From NCBI GenBank assembly GCA_024704765.1, contig JAKMXF010000296.1, positions 477,497-541,496 of the forward strand: a stretch of DNA of 64,000 bases. The letters run 5' to 3'. The stretch's first letter is position 1. Every line of letters starts with the position of its first letter. The notes under the pieces were generated by a model. It did no database searches. It was given only the letters and a program-made list of their open reading frames with translations, and was not told the origin of the DNA. This document shows, one piece after another, positions 51,190 through 64,000 of the stretch. Source of the DNA: Oopsacas minuta (lineage: Eukaryota; Animalia; Porifera). The position numbers were made by a program, and so were the translations under genes.

Positions 51190-52072
51190 CAGTCAGGGAC
51201 AAAAGTATTCGATCACACAAATATATTGTCATAAATTGTATGCTCTTTCCCCTCCTATATATTGTGTAGTCGATATTCGTAGCTGCAATCCAGTAATTTG
51301 CATAGAATAACATATGTTTTTCAAGAATTTCAAAAAAATATTTTCGATTTACACTTTTTGAGGGGGTTAATTATTAATAATTATTAGATATCTATTGATG
51401 ATCAAAATATGTGGTAATTTAAAACCTATTAAGAATCTAAAATTTCTGACTTGATATTTGAATTCTACGTGGGCGAGTTACCCCAGATGAAAACTTTCAC
51501 ATGGGATTGAACAATCTTTACCAAAGTTATAGAAGAATTTCAATTTGTGCAATTTGATCCACATTTTGCCCAAGGTGGCACAAGTGGCCGCTACCAAGAG
51601 GTTATTTTGGAATTCAAGGGTTAGCATAGTCATGTAATTCGAAAATATTATTTTGACTTATTCCTCATAACCCTAGTTGATTTCCTTGTACTGGCGCTTT
51701 TTGCAAAAAGTGGCACAAATTGAAACTCTTCTATACCTTTGGTAAAATTGTTCAATCCCATTGAAAATTTTCATCTGGGGTAACTCGCCTACGTAGAATT
51801 CAAATATCAAGTCAGAAATTTTAGATTCTTAATAGGTTTTAAATTATCACATATTTTGAATATCAGTAATTATCTAATAATTATTAATAATTAACACCTT
51901 CAAAAAGTATAAATCGAAAATATTTTTTTGAAATTCTTGAAAAACATATGTCATTCTATGCAAATTACTAGATTGCAGCTACGAATATCGACTACACATT
52001 ATATAGAAGGGGAAAGAGTATACAATTTATGACAATATATTTGTGTGATCGAATACTTTTGTCCCTTGACTG
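51190..52072. mobile_element. Tc1/mariner-type MITE with ~360-bp inverted repeats
   Basis: TA|CAGTCAGGGACAAAAGTATTCGATCACAC ... GTGTGATCGAATACTTTTGTCCCTTGACTG|TA. Arms ~51190-51550 and ~51712-52072 are reverse complements, with a ~160-bp unique centre. Confidence 0.93.
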
Positions 52073-53419
52073 TATATCTTCAGAAATACTTGTCATCAAT
52101 ATTTATACTGTACTATACTGCCTAGATTAAGTAGTATTGGAAAGTTGTAGTACTAAATTGGCACACGACGAGAATACATTAAGGATTCTATGGATATAGC
52201 ACAAAGCAGAGTATGGATTGTTATGATTCAGTGTATATAATATAGCCAAGTGGATTAACATCGAAATTTAGCCCAATTCAGACACATTTGTAAAAGAAGA
52301 ATTTTTTAGGAATAATCTAAATGACCACGGCATCAAATATATCCTTGCCAAACGTCGATTGGATACATTTTGATCCCAAATTGTACCTTTAAATTGCATA
52401 ATTGGCTAATCCGCTGATACACTACTTAAGGGTCGAACTTTGCACATTTCATTCGGAGGACTTTTTGTATCAGCAAATTAGCAGAAAGTGCAATGGAAAA
52501 TGAGGTTTGGGATTTCCTAACTGTCAATTGTGTTGGATGCCATATATTCCATTGGATTCGACTATACCCACGTACAAATTTGATAATAGAATGCGTTATC
52601 ATTAGATTTAAGTTTGCCATCCCAAAATTCATGTGATGCAAATTAAAACTGACTCTCTCTCTATATATATATAAGCTTGGCTCCAACGGGAACTGGGTTA
52701 AATCTTTACCAGGCCCCTAGCTTTTCAAACATAATTGAGTTTTATAAGTAGGTAAACTGTTATTTCACTCGCTCGGAATTGTAAAGCAATTGATTCAATA
52801 TGCACAATTGACAAGCATTATATGTACATGTACATACCTGCCATCAGTACAGGGATTGTGCAAATATTTTCTTGTTCTGTTGAAGCGAAAAGGGATTCAT
52901 TCTATTTCTATATAGAGTATATTTCTGACAAACTTACTAATTAGGAGCCCTTTCATTAACGAAATTTGAAAGATTATACAAATTTCTTGCAGGTGCTTAG
53001 ATAATCGAGGATCTACCATACTTACGTGTATAAGATGTCATGCATAGATTCGGCGTTCCCTACTTGAAATACAACTTGATTTTTGAATATATTCCAGTGT
53101 ATGTTGATTCTCTAACCTACGAGCACAGCGAGCGAGAAAAGCTTTCTGGGTGTATAGTGTGTCAGCCAATGTCCGGGGAAAATGGGAGCTCCGTATAGAT
53201 TAAATAATGCATCCCTCCCCGAACACGAGGCCGAAACGGGATGGGGCCAGGTCCTGGAATATGGTAGTCGGGCCAATCAAAAGGTGACAATGACGTAAAA
53301 AACCCGAATTTACCTCCACCATAATTAAGTATATTTACCACAACGGCAAGCGGGACACTTTTTATCCACACAAAAGATATCCATTTCCGTGCGTTACATA
53401 GTATCAGGCCTAGGAATTA

Positions 53420-54750
53420 CAGGGTGTAACCAAAATGTTGTCCCCTTCGATTATTAGAAATATCTTTGGGTAATAACCAGAAATAAACTATATTCATTTG
53501 TTAATGTAATAGCCCCCCATTTCTAGAATCATTTGAATTCTATTGGGCAAGCTCGCACTAAAATTTGCAAAATCTCTGGAGTTATGTCTTGTCATGTTAA
53601 TTTCAGTTGTCCAATTAACTGGTCCCGATTGGTCATCTGACCGTTTTCGTTTATCTTCTCTTTCAATATAGCCCAAAGATTTCAATTGAGTCGAGATCCG
53701 GAGAATTCCCAGGCAAGCAAGCTTTCTCCCAAAACCGTTTAGATTATTCCGGCAGCACTCCTGAGTCATTTGCCGTATGAGCGGGAGTACCATCTTGCAT
53801 AAAAATCAAATCGAACATGTTTTCCAACATTGTCCGCTCGGAAACATGTCCGTATTCGCAGTACGATTGATGACATGTCTACAAGTCTTGGCTAATATTT
53901 CATTATTGTAATTTAGCGAATTTATAGTCTGTCCCTGCAGAATTACGTGGAGCCCAGAGAGTGCTCAATGGGACATAATTCCCAGACATGAATTTTTTGA
54001 GGAAAGTTAACTGACAAGATGCGTGGAACATCTTTGGTTGTTTAGCACAAACTCGATCATTATGTCGATTGGGTTTTGCGTACAACTCAAAGGGGGACTC
54101 ATCTGACCAAAGAACCCTATTCCAATTTTCCACCTACCACTTTTGATGTTTCTTGGCAAAATTTAGGTCTCGAGTGTTATTTGTTGACAAATGGGGGGTG
54201 TTTTTGGCTCTTAAACGCAGATGCACGAATAGAATCCTTTAAATGCCGATAGATTGTTATGTGAGAGACAGGGTCACTACTTTCATTCAACCTCTTTGCG
54301 ATCTTACGAGTTGATTGCCCTTTTTACCTAAGGTTTTGGGATATGTATTTCTGGACCCGATTCAAAATCGGCGGCTCTGGGACTGGTCTTAGCCTCGATA
54401 CATTTCCCTTTTTATAGGTACTCCACCACCTCTCGACAGATCCTTACAGCAACCTTCAGATCGAGAGCGACCTTTCACAATGTAATACCACTCTTTAACA
54501 GCACTTTTTGCTTCAGAACGAATCTCTAAACCTCGGTCGTGGATATCCATTCTTTACAGAGATAGTGATATTCAGAAATCCGGATAAAAATAAAAGAAAG
54601 AAAATACATGTAATTTAACTGTATTAAAACAGTTGAGATATGTTTGGTTTACAACAAAAATCAACTTTTAAGATATAATAATTAAGATTGAGTATTCTAA
54701 ATTCAGACAATGGAATATTAGAAAGGGGACAACACTTTTGCTACACACTG
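53420..54750 (-). mobile_element. Tc1-like (DD34E) element, defective
   Basis: TIRs CAGGGTGTAACCAAAATGTTGTCCCCTT / AAGGGGACAACACTTTTGCTACACACTG. Motifs 'VLWSDESPF', 'FMQDGTPAHTAN' and 'PGNSPDLDSIE', with frameshifts. Confidence 0.9.
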
Positions 54751-57700
54751 CATATATGTATATTTGTCCAAAATTGGTTGAAGCAACTGCAAGACCCTAA
54801 AGGTGAGTTTTGGATACAAGGATATTTTGGGCCTGGCTCGGACAGGTTCGACTCTTGGACGAAAGTTCATACCTATGACGAAATTATGGCTTGATTGTTA
54901 CCTTTATGGATTTTCAAAACAACATTGTTAACCACTACAATATACATGATAGAAGATACATAAATCAAAATTACAGATAAAGAATTATCTTCGGGGAAGA
55001 GAGTATCGATTATAATGCCCGCTCACTTAGCGACCCAAACCATCAAGAAATTTTGCTATTGAATAGTTCAGCCAACCTGAGGAACTATGCTGTCGCGCAG
55101 CGACCTAGCAAGGGAAACCCGTCAGTGTATATAGAATATGCATATATTAGTAGTGTGAAATGTGTGAAAGAATATGTATACATTATTTCATATCTAGCGC
55201 GCTTCGCTTACTCGGTTGCTGTACAACAAGTTAGTGCCTCGAGTTAGCTTAAGTATTAAACAGCTAAATATCTTTGTGCTTTTGGTCGCTACGCGATCGG
55301 ACATACTCGGCACAACATATCTCAAGAGGAAATCTTAGCGGAAGAATTCAATTAATTTATCCATGGTCAATCCAAATTCTATTAATACCTTTTGAGGTAA
55401 CACTACAGCTGTTAGGTAGCTTTTCGTTAAATAATTTCAGACTTTGTTCCTCGAGTGATAATTATGATTCCGCACAAATATTGAACATTGAAGACTTTAG
55501 TAATTTATATAGTCGTAAAATTCCATAATAAGTTGGCCTCAGTACCGGATTTAGGAGTGTTCGGCCGAACAGGGCCCCCACAAGACGTTGAATACTTATT
55601 TGTTATACAATAGGTGTTCTTAGTGCTGTGTATAATATGGATTCATTGAATATCTAAATATATCGGTGGCTTTAATTATTTCTATTACATTTATGAATAA
55701 ATATTATTCAAATTAACCATGGATAATTTCAAATGTATGTACTTCCCTGAGTGCATAACCTTTGAATAATGGTAGAAGATTGTTCCAATCAGCACAAGAG
55801 GGTAATTCAATACGCTGATTCCGAATTTTAGACTTTTGAATTTATACCGATGAAATCTAATCTGGTATTCCCTTCTATTAGTATTATTTAGTCAACTGAT
55901 AATTATTGCAAACAAATTGAACATTATTTGGACTGGATAATCATATTTAATTTTAAAACATTGTTTGATGTGTGTGAAATCCTCTCTCCGCTCAGAAAAA
56001 TATAAAATTTCGTCCTCTGCTGACGGCTTAGTCTAATAACTTCAACTTGTTTATAAAGTGGCACTGTCAATTGGAGACACTGTGTATATTAATTAAAACT
56101 AATCTCTCATAGTGCATCCAATCAAAGTGCCATTTTTTGTCCAATTTGAATTTTATAGGCTAAGCTGTCAGCACAGGTTGTAATTTTTGTATTTTTTTAG
56201 TCAGTATTTGCTGCCAGCACTGCTGTCTGTAATTTCTCTATCCATTCCGTGTCCTCATCAGGTTGCATCTTTTGATTTGCTCTTTCTGAAAACTGTTAAA
56301 TTGATTCCAGCTATCAATAAATGTATACATTATAATTGCTCACTTATTACATCAGCTTAAAATATAGGATAGGGTCGAACAAACTGATCCCAGTATATAT
56401 TTATATTTTGTCTAAATATTCTTCTTGTAACTATTTTGTTACGAGACTCAACATGGCTATCACTTTTGGGTGATATGCTGCGGTTCGTGTCGTTTAGATA
56501 TTTCTACTTGGGAAATTCTTGAAATTCCTATTTTTAAAGTAAAGCACCGTAGCAATCTACTATTCGAATCCTATTTTAGCCAAACAATAATAGTATGGAT
56601 ATAATTTCCTTCCAAAAAAAGTTGTATCAGTTTGTAAACCAATATTTATTTGCTTTTTGTGAAATGAAACTTTTCCTCCGCACTGTTTCCTGAATTTATT
56701 TCTATAGCCATCACGACGCACCATTTCCCACTAGCAGGTATATTCAAGCAATATGTTAGAAGTTGACAATGCTGTATGTTATATGCAACTAAGTTTAACT
56801 GTGCATCGGTATTTTTTTACCTTGTATTTGCATTTACTAATTTCAAGAATGTGCGTAATACTTTCTTCAGAATTATGAGTTTCTTTGCTTGATAATTCCG
56901 GTCCCTGATCATGTGGTAGGATATTAGATACGCCGAATTGTAGATTAATTTCAGGAGGAAGATTGTTTGAAACTCTCGTTGTAGATGGGTAGGTAGAGTA
57001 GCAGAGGTTCCCAGGCATAGTAAGTTATGGTCTAGAACGGTAAATGATAAAATTTCCGTTTGTTGCCCAGTCTAAATTTAATATCTTACCTCCCGCCATG
57101 TCCCGATAAATTAGCATTTCGTATCGATTTTTTATTCACTCAAGGGGCATATGTTTTATGTATAATACCACCACCAGCAACCCAATCACTAACTGCAGCG
57201 CAGATCATGTGCCATAGTATTATCGCCAATTTTGCCCTAGCTATGTTTAACATATTTATCTGCCTCATTTAGTGATTTTCCACTATATTTTTACTCCAGT
57301 TATGACATAGAACCACAATGAGAGAGCAGTATGATTTTGTCTTCGAATCATGCCATTTCTCTATACCGTTTTCTCAGGTAGCGAGATTTTCCCACAAAGT
57401 GCTTTAGGCTGGGCATTTAATGCTATTTACGCTAAATGGCGCTTAGATCTAAAATGAAGCGTATTTACATAGTTTTTCATACCTCTGTAAGCGACAGAGC
57501 ACAATTCACCCAAAAATTAGTTATTTCCAAAATCCTATTGTAGATACTGGATACACTTTACTTAGAAAAGCACATTTCCCATTTTTGGAATTCACTCACA
57601 ATACTCAATTCTCTTTCTTGTTATGAACTGATAATCGTCCCCAAAATCGGTCCAGAATAACTTAATTGCCGAGGCCACAGGTTTAGAAAGCCCGACCGTT

Positions 57701-57876
57701 TTCTGATTCATTTGAATACTTCATAATTCGAATGATTCATAATTCAAGCCCCTTTATAACTCAATTAGTGTTTACGATTTGGCATTACATCGCCAAAGCT
57801 TTTCTATTCATACCAAACTCCAATTATTTATGCTCCCTTTGTAATTGTGTCGACCTCATTTCTGTTTTCCTTTTAG

Positions 57877-58365
57877 GTAAATTTGTTGGTATCTTTTTGG
57901 GATCGTTCATTCTTGGGACTACTATTGGTATTCTGTCTGCTATTTTCTTGAAGATTTTTCAACTTCGTGAACAACCTCTTATTGAAACTTCATTTTTTGT
58001 TATTATTTCATATTTAACATTTCCACTTGCCGAAGCTATTGAATTGACTGGTATTGTTGCTATATTATTTTGTGGGATAGCCCAATCCCACTATACCTAT
58101 ATCAATCTTAGCCCTGAATCAAGAATGAGAACAAAAGAAGTTTTTGAATTGCTAAGTTTTTTATCTGAGAATTTTTTGTTTAGCTATATGGGCGTATCTT
58201 TATTTACCTTTCCTTATCATCAATGGAAACCTGGTTTTATTGCATTTGCTTTTGTTGGAATTGCTATTGGACGAATTCTTAATATTGTACCTATTACATT
58301 GTTTCTCAATGTTAGAAGGCGCAGAAAAATTCCTTGGACCTTTCAAGCAATGCTACTCTTCGCAG
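57877..58365 (+). CDS. SLC9A6/7/9-like: Endosomal Na+/H+ exchanger, internal coding exon
   Basis: TTTTAG| acceptor and |GTATT donor; 'GIVAILFCGIAQSHYTYINLS.ES..RTK..FELLSFLSENFLFSYMG' and 'FQAMLLFAG' match NHE6/7/9; phase 1-1, 489 nt. Confidence 0.95.
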
Positions 58366-60639
58366 GTATTATCATTATCTTTCTTTGCCTAGGATTCTTA
58401 GCGTACATATTGCTCTCTACTCGTGCTATACTGGCATTCATTTTATATTCTTTTTCTTTTTCTTTTCACTTTTCGTGATTTACCAAATTAATTTCTTTCC
58501 GAAGTATACTGATAGTATTTTTCAACAATTTATGCTAGCAATAGGAACTTCATTGATGATCCCTTTCTGATAGCATTCTCTTCTCTAACTTTAATTGAAT
58601 TCTTATACGTCTTATTCTTCATGTCCAAATAGCAATACCCATTGATATAGGATTTTATTTGTGAATTTTTCGCATAACATTGTCAACTAACGAATTGTGT
58701 GACTGAAATTCTCTTAAAATATCATGATTTCACATTTATGGAGTATTTGCTTATACTATATATTGAATTCACAATTGATTGTGATTATCATAGTGCTATT
58801 GATAAATATCTGTGGTAAACACTGCAGAGTACTTCCTTCTTTAGCGACTTCTTGTGTATATTTCACAGTTCAAATTTTGTGCTAGGCGCAACCAAATTGA
58901 GTCAGTTTATTCTTATAAATTTTTTGCATCTACATTTATTGGTCACTAGAATATATAAATTTTAAGATTTGAAGATAGATATTTTCGTTAGTTTAACAAT
59001 AATAGTGAGTTCCGAACTTTGTACATCCTCTATATTATCCATTTGTTTAATTAACTTTAGCAATACTAAAAGGAGGTTGGAATGGTTATTGAAATTATTC
59101 ACTATAATATAGTATAAATCTAGGGAATCCACAATATACTATTTTCATGACAAATTATGTATATATAACTCTACTGAATGGCAAGTTGAGAATAAGGGTA
59201 TTTGAACAGATGAGAATAATGATAGTTGACTATTGAGAACAAGGATATTTGATAGAGGAGAGAGTTGGTTTGCTATTATATATTAGAAGATATCTACCAT
59301 TGCAACTTATCCAACTCCAATGAGGATATCATACTAAATTCTTTGGTGCTATTCCAACCCAGAATAATACCTCGACTACTTATCATCAGGATACTAATCA
59401 CATGTTTGGATGAATGAAATGAAAAGTAATAGCCTCACGTGTCACGTTATGAGGGCTTAATTCGTTTCGATGAATTCAGGCATTCTATATGGTTATATAA
59501 TTGTCCAGGTTACTAAGTAAGTGTTCTGAATATCCCATTTATAAATAACTCTGGAAATAATCCAGGCTATCATATTGATTACAGGATGCCTGTTTATGTG
59601 ACACCGAAGTAGCTGCTCGGCCTCGAGGAAATGAAGAGGAATATGATATAAAGCGTTGTGACAACCACATTCTTTAGGACAATATTTAATCAGAAGGTTC
59701 TTTTTTTATCTTGATTAACGTTATATTCTATATAGCTAGTATAGTAGGATACGCTATACCAGTGAATTCAAGAACCAATCGAAACGTAGGGGAAGAGTCT
59801 AGGGAAATATACTCAGTGACTGTGAATAAAATAAATGTTGCAATTGCGATAGATTTTGTCAAGAGTCCTTTAGTCCAATACAATTATTCAAAGTGGATAA
59901 TTAAGGTATTTTTAGAATATATTGTTTTAGGAATTTAGTAATTGCATATTTATTACAGTATTTGTTTTAATTTTGCAAACAAGACAGTGGAACCTCCACA
60001 ATCAAAGCCTACTGAATCAGGGAAAGTCTTAACAGCTGAGATAAACATGTTTTAACTACACTAATAAAAATGCAAATTCCAGTCGGGTATTTTGGGTAAA
60101 AATTTCCAATAGGCTATAATTTCAACAAGTTTCATTATTTTCCCCTAAATTTTGGGCTACTGGGGTTTTAACTAAAGACAGTTATTTTCGCATGTCAGAT
60201 TTTAGAATGAATTATTAGTTGAAAATTATAACGTCATATTTAAATTCTACAAATATTTAAATTCATCTCGTTTCCTATAATTCATAACTATATAGGATAT
60301 TCATAATATCATCTTGTTTCACTGACGAATAAGAGTAACTAGCCAATGCATTATTTATTGAAGAATTGTATCCCAATCTTGTATGAAGCTTAATATTGTG
60401 ATTTGGATATGTTGTATAGGAATGTGATTTACTATGCCAACTACAAAAATAATTTATATATTTAAACCTGAATTGGTGTATATTAAATTATTTACATAAA
60501 TTTAATTCATTGCCATAAAGCTGTATTTTTTAAATACACTACATGAAGTAAATGAAATATTCCTAATACTATACAGGGCAATCGAAATGCTAAAGTTGAT
60601 GTCAATTTGGCAAGTAGAATAATTGGAGAGAAAGTTGAA

Positions 60640-61000
60640 ATCGACTTACAATTACCAACGTTCTCAAAAGATGTGATAAACCACCATTTGAGGTGTACTC
60701 GGCTTAGATAAGCAATGCATGCACCACGATCAGTCGGAAAATAATCTTGAACAATATTTCTTAATCGTCAGGACTATATTACAAGTATTGAAACTCCAGC
60801 CCAAAGTTAGCCAGTTGGTCTCTAATTCGTGATTTTCGTAAAACTCTAATTGCTCCATTGTAATTTTCTCATCATTATCAAATCCAATTGGAGTAACAGT
60901 TAACTGCATTGACCACATAGAAAACTCTTGAAATGTAGCATCACACTCTATACAATCGATTGAAGAACCCCTGATATACCCGCTCAACTTTATGGTTAAA
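60640..61000 (-). pseudogene. Probable MULE transposase remnant
   Basis: 'IECDATF...TPIGF...E...FYE' followed by 'TDRGA' in another frame resembles MULE DDE segments; short and decayed. Confidence 0.4.
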
Positions 61001-64000
61001 CATGGTTTAGATGGATCGAGAAGTCACAATGTGTCTAATCTTAGATCTTAAACAGCTCATGATCGTTCACATTTTCTCTTATTTATGGTTTCTCCTCTTG
61101 AATTGAAAGTTTGTAAAGAATTTTGATCTAATCTAATTAATACCCAAATTCAAGATTCTCCAACCACCCAATCGCATTGCTTTCTCGTTAAGAGAATATT
61201 GAAGGTGTCACTACTCTAATGAATTTCTTGGATCTACAAATTGACGAACTCGTGTCTTCGAGATTGAAAGTGGACTTGTGAATAATAGTTGAGTTAAAGA
61301 TTACATCAACATAGTAACATTTAGTTTGACATAGCATAATAACCAGAGAGTATAAAATGGAATGTTGATATTATGTCGGTTTTGCTGAACTTCGCTGAAC
61401 AAATTTTTATAGAATAGTTTTATTAGATAGTCTGTCATGCGTGTAATTTCTTGAATAGTGCGAGAAATTGTGAGAAGCCTTTGTCACAACAAAATGCCTT
61501 AGCATTATTCATATTATATAATCTATATTTATACAATATCATCACAATGTTTAAGTAGAGAAAATTATTGAAAATTAACATAATTTGAGTTTAAGCTGTG
61601 AAAGTAACCTTAGAACTACACCCAGTATAAGTTTACGTAATAGTATTTTGAAGTTTGAAATTATAATTTTAGGAATTTTGGTTGGGTGATCAAAAATATG
61701 ATTTCCGAAAATTCATATAATTTGGCGAGACTTTGAAATAGTACAACACTCATGAAAGTTGATTCAGATAAAAAGCAATTGTACATTTGGATACACCTAC
61801 AATTTTTGATCATTCATAAAATATACATTTACAAGATTTGGGTATGAATTTTCCCGTACTGGAAGCGAATAACCCACTGTGCAAAGGCACTTCTGTAAGC
61901 GGGAAATCGTGAGTTGGTATACAAATCCTTTGGACCCAACCTTAAGGGACCGTCATAATTTGTTCGTTTTTTTCGGAGATCGTTTTAACAAGTTTCGACT
62001 GTGGTAAAAATAACTTTGTGCTTAAGTGTTAAAATCTGAAATTAGCTTAAACTAGGTCGAAATTTGTAGTTAACAGCCAATATACTTAGAGTAGGCCAAA
62101 AGTTCGTAGCCTCCATTGTAAATATCATTCAGCCTTTTATTTACTTTTTGATATTTAGGCCTATGTTTCAACTCTCATTCAGACTGTAGTTTGGTGTAAA
62201 CTATCAATTAATATTCATATTTCAGCTATTTTGCAATTGAGATTTTTGACCTTGGATAATTTTGGCTTCCAAATTCCAATAAAAGTCTACAGAGCCTACA
62301 TGACCCTAGGAAAGTGTCTCGATAATTATTACTTCCTCGAATAATGTTAGTCATATTTCTTATATATTTGATAAAGACACCTATGTAGTATTGCATGATT
62401 AGACCAATAATATTAACTTATTATCGGGAACTGCTCTTGATATTCATAGGAAGCATATTAATTTGGGCAAGGTTTATTGTTGACTGGTCCCAAATATGAT
62501 TATTTGGGGCATCTAAAGGTCCGCCTAACAACGCCCTAAACTCTCCCATAATATATACTCTCTGCGTTTAGTAGAGTAATATTGAGCTATCTAACGATGA
62601 GCAAACTCTGTAAGCACTTTAAATTTACGTGAAGTAGGGTAGAAAATATGGGCCTTTAATGGTACCGTCCTCCAGCGAATCTTTGTCCGGAACACTGGTT
62701 CCATCGATTTATGTAATCCATAATATACCATGCACAGGTCTAATCGTCTTTAATTTTTCGAATTAACTATATACCAAATGGGCAATTAACCACGAAATAC
62801 TTTACATTATACCATACAAGAATATAAATTTATCGATAGATCTTGCAATGAAGCCGACTATAGAACATATTGGCTAAACTAGGATTTCCCATAACCCGCG
62901 AGACTATGAAAACGTTCAGATTAAGTGAGCACTGTCAAGTTAGACAAACTATATGATGTTCAAAGCAAACAATACAAGACATTTTTTCACCCCGTTGTCT
63001 AATTTTAGAAGAGCAGATGCCAATTTTAGAGTCAATTCTTCTTTATCTCAAATTTCATTGATAAAAGTAGCAAAAATTGACATTTTGTGATGAATAGAGT
63101 GGTTTTGATAGAATATATTGTAAAACATTGTCCACTCTATGCAAATCATGTATTCTTGGTTTAGAAAAGTTATGATAGTCACAATATCATCCAGGGTAGG
63201 AACTTACTGAATGACTAAAGTATTATTTAAGCTTAAATAACAAAGCTAAACCAGTAGGTGCAACGGACCTCTCGAAGCGAGGTAGTATACGTATTAACTG
63301 AGTTCCACTGTAGATATATTATCCGATAGTTATTTCAATGTTAAATAATATCACTATTTTTGAATAATTTATCTCAAATTTAGGAATATAAACAGAGACA
63401 TAGATAGTCAAATTTAGCGACAGCTTTTATCAGCCAGAATTTTATGTTGATGTGAAAGAGAAGTACTTAATTGATAAGTATATGCTTTCAATTAACTATT
63501 TATTATCTTCTAACCCAGCGTAATACATTCTGGGGCGTGGATTATGGAATCTAATTTAGGGATTTAAGAGCATACGACCTCGTATATAATCTGACTCCTA
63601 CAATTATATTTAGACTCTGTAAGAGAGTTTGTATCTAATAGACCAATTTATATATAAAGTAGGTTAACGATAAGAAATCCAAATTGTACGACCTACAATC
63701 GAAATATCTAAGTATTTTGATTCTTTAGAGCGACACTGTAATTCCGTGAAAGCTAATCAAACCCTTATGCACTGATTGCACGCACAACATTAATACCAGC
63801 ATGCATACGTGCAAGTTCTCTCTGTTAGGTGGACTTAATATATATTCTAGAGACAACAATTCAGGGGCCTTATTAACTAAAATTCTAAGAATTATTCTTA
63901 ACTTAATTCTAAGTGTATTTCTAAGAATAATTCTAAGAATTCATGAAATATTCTTAGTTTTCGTTAAGAATTCTTAACTTGGCTATACTTAACGGATTCT

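Noticed and set aside
56779-57018. 'HDQGPELSSK' integrase-like snippet
   Set aside because: Too short and isolated to call an element; no supporting domains or termini.
57732-57876. N-terminal extension of ORF 57732-58478 (and the C-terminal tails of ORFs 39658, 47347 and 57732)
   Set aside because: These are intronic read-through beyond canonical splice sites and lack NHE similarity.
58366-64000. Next NHE exon (expected 'LRGAMAFALA')
   Set aside because: No matching reading frame with an acceptor found by eye; probably lies beyond the window.

Overview
AT-rich eukaryotic (animal-type) genomic DNA that is mostly transposon-derived. One host gene is recognisable: three + strand coding exons of an endosomal Na+/H+ exchanger (NHE6/7/9 clade) at 39607-39907, 47366-47617 and 57877-58365. 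They are separated by TE-filled introns of 7.5 and 10.3 kb; I could not find the 5' or 3' exons. Main mobile elements: (1) two near-identical inverted copies of a defective ZNF862-like hAT element (472-3162, 10209-12905), one with a 5-bp TSD; (2) a three-level nest in which a LINE is split by a Buster/Charlie hAT, whose transposase core is replaced by a 1.2-kb foldback-like cassette carrying an intact 264-aa orphan ORF; (3) a complete 3-kb Transib/RAG1-core-like element with CACAGTG (RSS heptamer) termini, a 5-bp TSD and asymmetric bipartite TIRs, inserted in a mariner; (4) further MULE, mariner, Tc1, pogo, Ginger-like and THAP remnants and several MITEs with clear TIRs/TSDs. The intronic region also contains a near-perfect 142-bp palindrome and long inverted repeats. 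I cannot support any rRNA, tRNA or CRISPR feature. Protein assignments come from motif recognition by eye, not database searches. Coordinates of degenerate remnants are approximate.
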